Source: Coriobacteriia bacterium
Lineage (GTDB): Bacteria > Actinomycetota > Coriobacteriia > Coriobacteriales > RUG033
DNA length: 64,000 bases
Assembly: GCA_015655215.1 (NCBI GenBank)
Contig: JAATFL010000038.1
Location: 2,157-66,156, forward strand
Direction of reading: 5' to 3'
Made by a program: the position numbers and the translations under genes. The notes beneath the pieces were generated by a model. The model saw only the letters and a list, made by a program, of their open reading frames with translations. It made no database searches and was not told the DNA's origin. Of this stretch, positions 9,554 to 19,001 are shown one piece after another. Position 1 is the stretch's first letter; each line of letters begins with the position of its first letter.

Positions 9554-10813
9554 CTATTTCTTCCAGCACTTCCGTGCCGTGGGGATGATGGCCATGCTCA
9601 GAACGGCGACGGCCACGTACAGGACGATGACCAGGATGAAGGCGGGGCCGAAGGAGCCGGTGCGGTCATAGATCTGCGCATAGATGAGGGGGGCGGCGGC
9701 GGCAAAGAGGTTAAGAACGGTCGCAGCCATCGCATAGATCGCGGTGAAGTTCGCCGTTCCAAAACCCTGACTCGCCAGCATCGGCGGGACCGTGCTCAGA
9801 GCGGAATAGCCGAATCCGAACAAGGCCATACCTATATAGAAGATCATGACGTTGCCACCCGAGATGAACGAGAGGGCGATGCCGACCGCACCGAGGATAC
9901 CTGCGATCAAGCCGGCGATGTTAGATCCGAACTGATCGCAGAACCAGCCGATGACGAACTTGCCGACAAGACCACCGATCATCACGATGGTGACGGCAAA
10001 CGCGCCAGCAGCCGCACCGAGGGCTCCCGTCGAGGCGAACGAGGGGATTTGCTGGAAGAACGATGCGCCCATGACGAACAAGCCCGCGACGAGCATCAGC
10101 AGGTAAAGGGCAGGGGATTTCCTCGCCTGTGCGACGGTTGCACCTTCCGACTGCGCAGCAGCCTGCGCGTTCTTGCCATCATCGGTCTCTTCCTCAGAAT
10201 AACCCCACGGCAGGACACCCATGGATTCGGGGCTCTCGCGTAGCAACAGGGCGGTGAGCACGACGGAGATGACGGTGCAAGCAAGGCTCATCCATATGCG
10301 GGCGGTCTGCCAACCATACGCGGTGATCCATGCCTGACCGATAGGACTCATGAATGCGGCGATTATGGAAATCGCGGCACCGGCGATACCGATGGCGAGA
10401 CCGTTGTTCTTCCTGTACCAGCGGTTCACCATGGTCGGTACCGCGATATACATGAAGAAGGCGGCGCAGGCACCGTAGATCACGCCATAGATATCCCACT
10501 GCCAGGCTTGCGTGAAGTATGCACACGCAAACGAGGAAAGACCGTAGACGAGGGAGGTGAGCACGAGAATCCAACGGGGGTTGTACTTCGTGATGATCCT
10601 GCCGGCAAAAGGCGTCAAGATGGCTGCGACCAATGGCTGGATGCTCATGTACAGCGTCGCATCGGTACGCGTCCATCCGAACTCGTTCATGACAGGTGTG
10701 ACAAAGATGCCAGCCGTATTCCCGATGATCCCGACCGGGACAGCATAGAATGCTATGCAGGCTATGAGAATCGCCCACGCATACGAACTGCCCTTCACTT
10801 TCTGGTTTTCCAT
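9554..10813 (-). CDS. MFS transporter, paralogue of 5196-6452
   Basis: Begins MENQKVKGSSYAWAILIACIAFYAVPVGIIGNTAGIFV. ATG 10813 has AAGGAGG 5 nt upstream. The longer ORF to 11002 is an unsupported extension. Confidence 0.8.
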   Translation of the reverse strand: MENQKVKGSSYAWAILIACIAFYAVPVGIIGNTAGIFVTPVMNEFGWTRTDATLYMSIQPLVAAILTPFAGRIITKYNPRWILVLTSLVYGLSSFACAYFTQAWQWDIYGVIYGACAAFFMYIAVPTMVNRWYRKNNGLAIGIAGAAISIIAAFMSPIGQAWITAYGWQTARIWMSLACTVISVVLTALLLRESPESMGVLPWGYSEEETDDGKNAQAAAQSEGATVAQARKSPALYLLMLVAGLFVMGASFFQQIPSFASTGALGAAAGAFAVTIVMIGGLVGKFVIGWFCDQFGSNIAGLIAGILGAVGIALSFISGGNVMIFYIGMALFGFGYSALSTVPPMLASQGFGTANFTAIYAMAATVLNLFAAAAPLIYAQIYDRTGSFGPAFILVIVLYVAVAVLSMAIIPTARKCWKK

Positions 10814-11008
10814 TTCGTCCTCCTTGAAGCATCGAATGACTCTGACAACCTGATTACGTATCAGCAAAATCTGTGCCACGTTAATTTGACGAGAAGTTGT
10901 CGCAGCGGTGACACACGCTGTGTCACCGCTGCGCATCCATCCAGCACGGCAACGGACCAGGTTCGGATCCCGATCCCTGCCCATGCAAAGAGCATCTGGC
11001 ATACCCCC

Positions 11009-11653
11009 TCAACCCATGGGCGGGAATCCCATGGGAAGGGGATTGCACGAATCGATGCGTGAACACGTGACGCAGTCCCTTGAGATCGATGCATCTATCA
11101 TCTCCCAGGGCATGGGTACGGCACCGAGATGCGCGTAGAACGGCACGGACGAACCACGTGAGACGAAGCGCAACTCCCCATACCTCCCTCTCGCCAACTC
11201 GATGAGCGCCTTCCCGACATGGAGCCTTCGCCAAACGGGGAGGACGATTATCGGATTGACATAGTAGATGCCGGTGCGGACGTGCAGCATGATGAGACCC
11301 ACCACCTCCTCGTTGGAAGCGACGGCGACGATCACATGTTCGAAGTCGTGCAGTTCGCCCATGCCCTCTGAGCATGAGAGCAGGTTGATATCACGCCGGT
11401 CGGAATCGAGGAAGTCCCGTAAGACGCATGCATCCTGGGTCATCAGCCATCTCCCATCCCACATCCATCCCTCTCCCGCTTCGCTCAGCAAATTCCATGC
11501 CAGCGCGACGGATGGCGTCGCGTTGCCCGCGCCTCGCACGCAGATGAAAGTAGGCTGTAGCCGAGAGGACATCAGGCGAGCGAAGCATGCCAACCTGGCT
11601 GACTTGGTCGCAGCACCATCATCATCGCCCCCTCGTGTTCCACCATCGACCAT
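11009..11653 (-). CDS. GNAT-family N-acetyltransferase (start uncertain, 11443-11653)
   Basis: C-terminal ~145 aa carry a GNAT motif-A-like stretch (VVGLIMLHV...IIVLPVWRRLHVGKALIELA...FYAHLG). The N-terminal part of the ORF looks non-coding. Confidence 0.5.
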   Translation of the reverse strand: MVDGGTRGGDDDGAATKSARLACFARLMSSRLQPTFICVRGAGNATPSVALAWNLLSEAGEGWMWDGRWLMTQDACVLRDFLDSDRRDINLLSCSEGMGELHDFEHVIVAVASNEEVVGLIMLHVRTGIYYVNPIIVLPVWRRLHVGKALIELARGRYGELRFVSRGSSVPFYAHLGAVPMPWEMIDASISRDCVTCSRIDSCNPLPMGFPPMG

Positions 11654-12278
11654 GGCTGATATGGGATGATGGCGGCGGACAAGGGATGTAGGGCAATCCC
11701 CGCTCGTTTACCAACCAGAGGAAGTCATGGACGGTCGGACGGCAGCACCACGAAGGGGAGTCGGAGCGACGCACCACGATTTTCAAGCTCCAACGAGATG
11801 GCGCTCGTCGCCGCCGAACCCTTCGCCACCCACCATGCAGCAAACGTCCACCTCGGCATCATGTGGGATTCGCTCACACCCTACTGCCATTGCTCCGAGC
11901 CGCTGGAATGTGCCGGTACCTTCTGGGCAGCCTCATGCCCTTCCTCGTGTTGGGCCTCGGCGCATCGTCGCTGGGCATCGCCCTGCACAGTCTTTTGCTG
12001 ATAGCGCTGGACTGCTTCAACGTCTTCGCGGCCGGGAGTGACACCACCGTCGTGGGAAAGCTCCTCCCCCTATGTGGGCAGGCATACCCTCTTCCTCGAC
12101 CACTCCACCGAGTGCGGCTTCGTCGGCTTCACGCGAGGCACGGACTGCTAGCATGGAACGGGAACGTGGTCGAGGGAACGAACGTCCAGACGTCTTCGAG
12201 CCTTGCGCTCCTCCTCTAGAAGGGGCCACGAGCAGCACGTCGTCTACCCAAACCATCCGCAAAGGAAAGGGAGCATCC

Positions 12279-13535
12279 ATGGAAGCACCGCAAAGAACCA
12301 CCTCGTTCGAGGATGACCTTGCGAAGTACACGCACCTCATCATCCACTCCGGCGTCAACCTGCAGCCAGGTCAGGAGCTGTTCATCGGCTCCGACATCGC
12401 CAACGCACAGCTGGTGCGCCTGCTGGTGGCCGAGGCATACGCAACCGGTGCCAGCGACGTCACCGTGCGCTGGACCGACGAGCAGGTGAGCCGCATGACC
12501 TATGACAATCGACCACTCGAATCCTTCAAGGAGTTCCCGGAGTGGCGCGCCCTGCAGCAGAACAGCGTCGCGAAGCGTGGAGCTGCCCTTCTCTTCATCG
12601 ACTCCGAGGATCCGATGGGTATGGCTGGCGTCGATCCCCGCAAGTTCATGGAGTTCTCCAAGGCAGCCAACGCGGCCTGCACGGACTGGCGTCGGGGCAT
12701 GGACTTTGGCCTGAACGTATGGTGCATCGTGGGAGCCTCCGCTCCTCGCTGGGCCACGCGCGTGTTCCCCGAACTGCCCACAGGCGAGGCCGTCTCCCGC
12801 CTATGGGGTCTGATCTTCAAGACCGTCTTCGTGGACACCCCCGACCCCGACGCCACCTGGGCAGCGCGACGCGATGCGTTCAAGCATCACATGGACCACC
12901 TCAACGACCTGCACCTGGACCGCCTGCACTACGTCAACGGCATCGGCACCGACATCACCGTGGGCCTCAACGAGAAGGGCCTATGGGAAGGCGGCGGCGC
13001 GACGACGCAAGGCGGTACGTTCTTCTTCCCCAACATGCCCACCGAGGAGGTCTTCACATCACCGGACTTCCGCCGAGTCGATGGCACGGTGCACTCCTCT
13101 ATGCCCCTCAACCACGACGGTTCGCTCATCGACGACTTCTCCATCACGTTCGAGGGAGGGCGCGTGACGAGCTTCTCCGCCAAGGAGGGACGAGACGTGC
13201 TCGAGCAGATCATCGCGACAGACGAAGGCTCCCACCATCTGGGCGAGTGCGCCCTCGTCCCCAAGGAATCGCCCATCCACCAAAGCGGGACGCTCTTCCT
13301 CTCCACGCTCTACGACGAGAACGCCGCCTGCCACTTCGCACTGGGCATGGGCTTCCCCGACTGCTATGCCGGCGGCTTCGACATGAGCAAGGACGAACTC
13401 GAGGAGGCCGGCGTCAACCAGAGCGCCACCCATGTCGACTTCATGCTCGGCACCGATGACCTCACCGTCATCGGCTACACCACCGGGGGAATCGCCGTAC
13501 CCATCTTCGAGAATGGCACGTGGGCGTTGACGTGA
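12279..13535 (+). CDS. M29-family aminopeptidase (AmpS/PepS, aminopeptidase II-like)
   Basis: MEAPQRTTSFEDDLAKYTHLIIHSGVNLQPGQELFIGSDI...EEVFTSPD...CHFALGMGFPD. ATG 12279 is preceded by AAAGGAAAGGGAG. The ORF-track extension back to 12072 is Ser/Pro/Arg-rich junk. Confidence 0.85.
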   Translation: MEAPQRTTSFEDDLAKYTHLIIHSGVNLQPGQELFIGSDIANAQLVRLLVAEAYATGASDVTVRWTDEQVSRMTYDNRPLESFKEFPEWRALQQNSVAKRGAALLFIDSEDPMGMAGVDPRKFMEFSKAANAACTDWRRGMDFGLNVWCIVGASAPRWATRVFPELPTGEAVSRLWGLIFKTVFVDTPDPDATWAARRDAFKHHMDHLNDLHLDRLHYVNGIGTDITVGLNEKGLWEGGGATTQGGTFFFPNMPTEEVFTSPDFRRVDGTVHSSMPLNHDGSLIDDFSITFEGGRVTSFSAKEGRDVLEQIIATDEGSHHLGECALVPKESPIHQSGTLFLSTLYDENAACHFALGMGFPDCYAGGFDMSKDELEEAGVNQSATHVDFMLGTDDLTVIGYTTGGIAVPIFENGTWALT

Positions 13536-13701
13536 CCGCGACCGATGAGCGAAGCGCTGTCCACATGGACGAGACAGGTGGCAACGCACTCACGTCTGAA
13601 ACATGTCAATCGAATGACGTCTCACCAAAGAGTCGGCGATACGGTACAATGCACACGAGGTGCAAACGCACCGCAAACCGCAACCGCAAGGGAGCCATCT
13701 C

Positions 13702-14253
13702 ATGATTGCGCTGATAGTCATCCTGGTCATCGTCGTGTTGCTCGTCCTTTGGGGCGTTGGAGCATACAACACCTTCATCAAGCTGCGCACGCGCGTCGAG
13801 AACGCCTGGGCGCAGATCGAGGTGCAACTGCAGCGACGCCATGACCTCATCCCCAACCTCGTCTCAACCGTCAAGGGCTATGCCGAGCACGAGAAGTCGA
13901 CGTTTGACGCCGTGGTGAAGGCACGCCAGGTCGCGGTCGACGCGAAGGGCATCGCCGAGCAGGCAGCGGCGGAGAACATGCTCTCCCAGACACTCCGCAG
14001 CCTCTTCGCCGTAGCCGAGGCCTATCCCGACCTCAAGGCGAACCAGAACTTCCTCGATCTGCAAAGGCAACTGCAGGACACGGAGGACAAACTCTCCTAC
14101 TCCCGCCAGTCCTACAACGATGTCGTGATGAAGTTCAACACGGCCCTGCAGGTGTTCCCATCCAACATCATCGCCGGCATGTTCCACTTCGGGCAAAAGG
14201 ACATGTACGATGCGGCTCCCGAAGCCGATGCGGCTCCGCAGGTCCAGTTCTAA
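13702..14253 (+). CDS. lemA: LemA family protein
   Basis: MIALIVILVIVVLLVLWGVGAYNTFIKLRTRVENAWAQIEVQLQRRHDLIPNLV... is the canonical LemA N-terminus. AAGGGAG RBS. Confidence 0.9.
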   Translation: MIALIVILVIVVLLVLWGVGAYNTFIKLRTRVENAWAQIEVQLQRRHDLIPNLVSTVKGYAEHEKSTFDAVVKARQVAVDAKGIAEQAAAENMLSQTLRSLFAVAEAYPDLKANQNFLDLQRQLQDTEDKLSYSRQSYNDVVMKFNTALQVFPSNIIAGMFHFGQKDMYDAAPEADAAPQVQF

Positions 14254-14348
14254 GCTCGTCGCTGATTGATCCCACCACACAGCACACGCATCACGATGAG
14301 GGCCGGTCGATGATTCCCATCGACCGGCCCTCATCGATATCCGATGGA

Positions 14349-16280
14349 TCAGCCCGCACCGCCACCGCCACCGCCACCGAAGCCTCCGCCTCCGCCTCCG
14401 GAGAACCCGCCGCCGAAGCCACCGCCGCTACTCATCGACGAACCCGAGATCGCAGCCTGCGAAAGATGCACGGTATCGGCCATCGTCGTTGCGAACGCAG
14501 CGGACGGCGATCCCATCCCCACCCACGGGTACACCCACATGTACGTATAGGCGAATCCGGGATCGGCCAGAACCTCGGGCACCTTGATGCTCATCTGCTT
14601 GATGACCTCGTCGGCCACACCGAAGACGACGGCCATCACCATGAACTTGTCCCACAACTCGACATCGGTGGGTATCGACTCATCGAGTGCCGAGAAATCC
14701 GTGAGCCAACGCTTGAGTGCGACGCAGCGGGCATACGTCTCGGCAGCGGCAGGTGAGCGTCGCTTCATCCGCCTGGCGATGACGATGATGGCGATGGCAC
14801 ATGGAATGCCCACGATCGCGGGGATGAACGACGAGGTCACGAATGCCATACCCACGGCGAGCACCCCGAGAGCGACGCCCCATATGCCGTAGGTGACGAA
14901 TCGCGTGGCACCCTTCTGTTCGAAGAAGTCCTTGACGAGAGCCTGAGCACCCACCTCGCCCTTCCAGGCGTCCATGGCGTCGATGAACTCCTGAGGGTTC
15001 GCCTTGCCAAACGCCTTTATCTGTGAGAAGTACAGGTGGTCCGCACCTTGCGCGATGGTGGTGAACAGCAGATCGTAGGCCGCGGCGTCGATGGAATCGA
15101 CCGGTCGGGAAGCATCGGTGCGGGACAGCAGGAAGTCGTCGACGAGCTTGCTGCCGAACACCCCGGGTTGCTCGACCTGCACCTTCTCCAGCTTGATCTC
15201 CCGCTGGTCGGTGAGTCTCATGAGCGTCGCCGTGAAGTCCTGGTCGGTCGGGTCTCCCCAGCGCCACAGCGCCCCCAACACCGCCGGATGGTCGTCACTT
15301 GGCATCTCGCGCAGGTATTCGTCTTGGAATTTTGGCTTGTACTCCCGACCGTACTTGAGGTAACCACGGATGACGAGGATGAGGGAGAGCAAGCTGAGGA
15401 CGATGGCAAGGGCGATGCCACCCCACACGAGGATGCGCGCTTGGGTGCGCTGCGCGTTTGCCGTATCGGCGTAGCCGGTCTCCTCGGTGATGATGCTGTC
15501 GAGCTGGGAGGTTGAACTGGGTGTCATCCCCGTGAGCCAGTCGACGGGGAACGCCACTCGGGCCTCGAGGTAGGTGTTCGAGCTCACAGCCGGACACGTG
15601 AAGCTGATGGTACCATTGCTGTTGAACGTGACGTCACCATCCAGGGGACCGTGTCCCCATGCGCGGACGTTATCGCCGGCCACCACGGTCTGGCCCTGTG
15701 CCACGGGCAGCGTGAGCGTCATCGTGATGTCGCTCGCGCTCTTATCCCAGTTGCTTCCCACGTACTTCCAGTAGAGTTCCCCCGTGTCGGCCCAGGCGGT
15801 CACGGCACCGGTGACGGTGTAATCGAGCTGCAGGGTGACCTTGGTCGACGATGCCCTGAAATACGCGTAGACCCGCACGATGCTGTTCGCTTCGTTCTCG
15901 ACGTAGTAATACCCGGATGGATGACTGGATGTGGAGCTGGCGTCCGTCGTCTCGGTGTAGGCGGAGACGCTGCCATCGACCGAGCCGACACCCGTCACGT
16001 TCACTCCCTGGACGGAGCTGGCATCGATGTCCCAGTAGACATAGGTGTAGTCGCCGTCGAAATCATAGGTACGCTGCTCGCTCACCGCCATCGAACCATC
16101 GGTGCTCACGGTAGCGGCGATGTCGACGGGACCCATGGTGTAGTCCTTTGCCAAGGCCACATGGGGGATGGCGAGAGCATATCCCAAGAAGAGCGTGATG
16201 AAGAACAGGAGAAGGAACCCGGCGTTGCGATAGGTCCTCGTTGCGATGGGCGACGCTGTTGGGGCAAGGGGACGGTTCAT
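14349..16280 (-). CDS. DUF2207-type membrane protein with C-terminal Gly-rich tail
   Basis: Signal/TM segment, then an extracellular beta-rich domain (YTMGPVDIAATVSTDGSMAVSEQRTYDFDGDYTYVYWDI). Internal TM helices, and a terminal GGGFGGGFSGGGGGGFGGGGGGGAG. Convergent with lemA. Confidence 0.8.
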   Translation of the reverse strand: MNRPLAPTASPIATRTYRNAGFLLLFFITLFLGYALAIPHVALAKDYTMGPVDIAATVSTDGSMAVSEQRTYDFDGDYTYVYWDIDASSVQGVNVTGVGSVDGSVSAYTETTDASSTSSHPSGYYYVENEANSIVRVYAYFRASSTKVTLQLDYTVTGAVTAWADTGELYWKYVGSNWDKSASDITMTLTLPVAQGQTVVAGDNVRAWGHGPLDGDVTFNSNGTISFTCPAVSSNTYLEARVAFPVDWLTGMTPSSTSQLDSIITEETGYADTANAQRTQARILVWGGIALAIVLSLLSLILVIRGYLKYGREYKPKFQDEYLREMPSDDHPAVLGALWRWGDPTDQDFTATLMRLTDQREIKLEKVQVEQPGVFGSKLVDDFLLSRTDASRPVDSIDAAAYDLLFTTIAQGADHLYFSQIKAFGKANPQEFIDAMDAWKGEVGAQALVKDFFEQKGATRFVTYGIWGVALGVLAVGMAFVTSSFIPAIVGIPCAIAIIVIARRMKRRSPAAAETYARCVALKRWLTDFSALDESIPTDVELWDKFMVMAVVFGVADEVIKQMSIKVPEVLADPGFAYTYMWVYPWVGMGSPSAAFATTMADTVHLSQAAISGSSMSSGGGFGGGFSGGGGGGFGGGGGGGAG

Positions 16281-16505
16281 GTAGGCTCCTCAAGACGGTG
16301 ACGGTGCAATTCTAGCTGATACTGCCGCTCTATGACAGGACAATGCAAGGTGGCAACGGAAGATACCGGTCTTTGCGGCCCGCTGCCCTGCCACCCCCCT
16401 CTCCTGCCAAGTTGGCGCCACCTGGCACTCTTGCGTTGCACCGCCTTGTCGGAACCGTTACCATCATTCCTTGCCGAGTGCGATAGCATGCGCATTCAGG
16501 CCAAC

Positions 16506-16598
16506 GGAGAGCTGACCGAGAGGCCGAAGGTGCTCGCCTGCTAAGCGAGTAAGGGAGCAAAACTCCCTTCTGGGGTTCGAATCCCCAGCTCTCCGCCA
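16506..16598 (+). tRNA. tRNA-Ser (anticodon GCT), CCA encoded
   Basis: GGAGAGC acceptor arm pairs with GCTCTCC. Anticodon stem-loop is CTCGC-CTGCTAA-GCGAG. Long variable arm and GGTTCGAATCC T-loop are present. Ends GCCA. Confidence 0.9.
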
Positions 16599-16610
16599 GA
16601 AGGTATCCTG

Positions 16611-16641
16611 GGAGCCCTGCGGGAGCAGGGCTCCTTGTTTT
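16611..16641 (+). terminator. rho-independent terminator after tRNA-Ser
   Basis: Perfect 10-bp stem GGAGCCCTGC / GCAGGGCTCC with GGGA loop, followed by TTGTTTT. Confidence 0.75.
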
Positions 16642-16712
16642 GGAGCCGATGATTGCCAACGGGGCGTTTGAAAGAAAGAACAGCCGCTCAGCCTGCTCTC
16701 CCCTCTGGTCAT

Positions 16713-16741
16713 TTGACACGCCAGGTGGACAATGGCATTAT
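16713..16741 (+). promoter_or_regulatory. candidate sigma70-type promoter for tRNA-Arg
   Basis: TTGACA (16713-16718), a 17-nt spacer, then CATTAT (16736-16741), about 22 nt upstream of the tRNA 5' end. Confidence 0.5.
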
Positions 16742-16763
16742 GAGCAAGCTGTTTACAGCATCT

Positions 16764-16840
16764 GCGCCATTACCTCAGCTGGATAGAGGGACTGACTACG
16801 AATCAGTACGTCGAGGGTTCGAATCCCCCATGGCGCACCA
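16764..16840 (+). tRNA. tRNA-Arg (anticodon ACG), CCA encoded
   Basis: GCGCCAT acceptor arm pairs with ATGGCGC. Anticodon stem-loop is ACTGA-CTACGAA-TCAGT. GGTTCGAATCC T-loop. Ends ACCA. Confidence 0.9.
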
Positions 16841-16850
16841 TCGAATTTGA

Positions 16851-16879
16851 AAAGGCCACCCTTGGAGGTGGCCTTTTTC
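16851..16879. terminator. bidirectional rho-independent terminator
   Basis: AAAGGCCACC / GGTGGCCTTT 10-bp stem with a 6-nt loop, an A-run on the left and a T-run on the right. It sits between tRNA-Arg (+) and the convergent 16937-17410 gene (-). Confidence 0.75.
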
Positions 16880-16936
16880 ATGCACGTCGAGAATCCGGGC
16901 GCACCTACACGCAACGCCCTGCGCACCGGCGATGGG

Positions 16937-17410
16937 CTAGTCGCTCGCCACGTTGACGTTCGTGGTGGGTGATGCCGACGTGCTGCTCGATATCTTGACG
17001 AGCACCGTGGTCACCGATGCATCACTCGACGAGGACGCCCCCGACGCGGTATCCTCCCCTTCGATGAGCGTGAGAGTCTCCTCATCCTTCGAAAACGAGT
17101 AGAGGGCGCTGCCGCTATGGCCGGCGGCCGTATACGTGACCGTGCCCGTAGAGGTGTCGAGGGTGTAGGAGTACGACGCGTTGTCAGGCAGGTGAATGGT
17201 ATCCCCGTCGATGACCACGGTCATATCGGTACCCTCCACGCGCCACTCCCCCTGAACGGCTTGAGCATCGGGGACGCGCGTCTGTTCCCGATAGTAACGG
17301 TACCCGAATATGCCACCAGCCACCAACACGCCGATGACCAGGATGCCGATGATGACCTTGCGTCCTACTCCCAAAGAGAACCTCCGATGATCGAGATGCC
17401 CGTACGCCAT
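16937..17410 (-). CDS. hypothetical membrane-anchored protein
   Basis: 157 aa with one N-terminal TM helix (VIIGILVIGVLVAGGIFGY), a small beta-rich domain and a Ser/Thr-rich tail. Lies 57 nt downstream of serS on the same strand. No family recognised. Confidence 0.5.
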   Translation of the reverse strand: MAYGHLDHRRFSLGVGRKVIIGILVIGVLVAGGIFGYRYYREQTRVPDAQAVQGEWRVEGTDMTVVIDGDTIHLPDNASYSYTLDTSTGTVTYTAAGHSGSALYSFSKDEETLTLIEGEDTASGASSSSDASVTTVLVKISSSTSASPTTNVNVASD

Positions 17411-17467
17411 CGGCGTGCTGGCATCGTCGACAGCGACCTCGCACCCGATACGTGGAAACTAGAGGCC

Positions 17468-18754
17468 CTACGCCTGCTTGCCGATGACCGTACGCCCTCC
17501 CATGTAGGAGACGAGCGCGTCGGGAACCTCGATGGTGCCGTCGGCTTGCTGGTAGTTCTCCATGACGGCAGCCATGCAGCGTCCCACGGCTAACCCGGAG
17601 CCGTTGAGCGTGTGCACGTAGCGCGTGCCCTTGAAGCTCTCGGGGTCACGATAGCGGATGTTGGCCCGACGCGCCTGGAAATCCTCGCAGTTGGAGCAGG
17701 AGGATATCTCCTTGTACGTGCGATAGGAGGGCAACCACACCTCAAGGTCATAACATCTTGCCGCGGAGAACCCGATGTCGCCGGTGCACAGCGAGATCAC
17801 ACGATAGGGTAGTCCAAGACCCTGCAGCACCGACTCGGCCTCGGCCACCATGCTCTCGAGCTCGCCATAGGACTCCTCGGGCTTGGTTAACTTGACCATC
17901 TCCACCTTGTCGAACTGGTGCACGCGAATGATGCCGCGCGTGTCGCGTCCCGCCGAACCGGCCTCCTCGCGAAAGCACGGGGTGAAGGCGCAGTAGCGCA
18001 GGGGGAGTTGGGCGGCGTCGAGAATCTCGTCACGGTGAAGGTTCGTGAGCGGCACCTCGGCCGTGGGGATGAGGTACATGCCCTCGGTGGACGTCTTGAA
18101 AAGGTCCTCCTCGAACTTGGGGAGTTGACCTGTCCCCTGCAGCGAGTCGTGGTTGAGGATGACGGGCGGCCACCATTCCTTGAAGCCCTGGGAGAGATGG
18201 AGGTCGAGCATGTAGTGGATGAGGGCGCGCTCCAGCATGGCGCCCTCGCCGGCGAGCAGCACGAAACGCGAGCCCGACAGCTTCACGGAACGCTCGAAGT
18301 CGATGAGGCCCAGGTCGGCACCGATATCCCAGTGGGCCTTGTCCTCGAAATCGAACGTGCGGGGAGTGCCCCAACGGCGTACCTCGGGGTTATCGTCTTC
18401 GCCATCGCCCAGCGGTGTCTGGTCCGAGGGGATGTTGGGACCGGCGAGAAGCAGCGTGGTGAGGTCGGCCTCGGCTGCGGTGAGCTGGTCCTGCAGCACG
18501 GCGAGCCGGTCCTTGATCGAGGCGACCTGCTCCCTGGCGGCCGTTGCCTCCTCGTGCTTGCCGTCCTTGAGCAGAGAGCCAATCCGCTTGGAAGCGGAGT
18601 TCCGCTCGGCCTGGAGCGCCTCGACCTGCGAGATGAGCGACCTGCGGGTCCCCTCGATCGAGAGGAACGCATCGACATCCCAGGTGGCATGGCGCGACTT
18701 CATCGCCGCACGCACCGCATCGGGATTCTCGCGGACGAATTTGGCATCAAGCAT
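17468..18754 (-). CDS. serS: seryl-tRNA synthetase
   Basis: [31 protein letters not shown]..., followed by class II motifs ([46 protein letters not shown]). ATG 18754 is preceded by GGAGG. Confidence 0.95.
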   Translation of the reverse strand: MLDAKFVRENPDAVRAAMKSRHATWDVDAFLSIEGTRRSLISQVEALQAERNSASKRIGSLLKDGKHEEATAAREQVASIKDRLAVLQDQLTAAEADLTTLLLAGPNIPSDQTPLGDGEDDNPEVRRWGTPRTFDFEDKAHWDIGADLGLIDFERSVKLSGSRFVLLAGEGAMLERALIHYMLDLHLSQGFKEWWPPVILNHDSLQGTGQLPKFEEDLFKTSTEGMYLIPTAEVPLTNLHRDEILDAAQLPLRYCAFTPCFREEAGSAGRDTRGIIRVHQFDKVEMVKLTKPEESYGELESMVAEAESVLQGLGLPYRVISLCTGDIGFSAARCYDLEVWLPSYRTYKEISSCSNCEDFQARRANIRYRDPESFKGTRYVHTLNGSGLAVGRCMAAVMENYQQADGTIEVPDALVSYMGGRTVIGKQA

Positions 18755-19001
18755 GATGGCCTCCAGGTCTCTTGACACACGAACAGGTTCGACTCGCATC
18801 TGACGTACCGGTCGCTCTCGTTCCCGAATCAGATGAGCGCATGCTAACGGTGACTTGCAGTATACCTTTGAGCCCTTTCCATCACCGCTGGAACATGCCT
18901 TTGATGGTCGCACGGACGCTCTCGTGCGCTAGAATGCCGTTAGCTCGATTACCCGGCAAAGCCCGGCATCGGCCTGGGCAGGCGACCGCACGACGTATGG
19001 G

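Noticed and set aside
14344-14550. Poly-proline ORF (PPPPPPKPPPPPPENPPPKPPP)
   Set aside because: It is the reverse-complement reading of the Gly-rich C-terminal tail of the DUF2207 protein, not an independent gene.
16281-16505. Possible SRP (4.5S) RNA or other ncRNA upstream of tRNA-Ser, a common neighbour in Actinobacteria
   Set aside because: I could not find the conserved domain IV motif (…GGUCCGGAAGGAAGCAGC… with its GGCAGG partner) on either strand, only local GC-rich hairpins. A covariance-model scan (Rfam RF00169) would be needed to settle it.
18755-18990. T-box leader upstream of serS
   Set aside because: Reading the minus-strand leader, I found no T-box sequence (AAUUAGGGUGGUACCGCG-like) and no specifier-loop/terminator-antiterminator arrangement. 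Only short unrelated hairpins are present.
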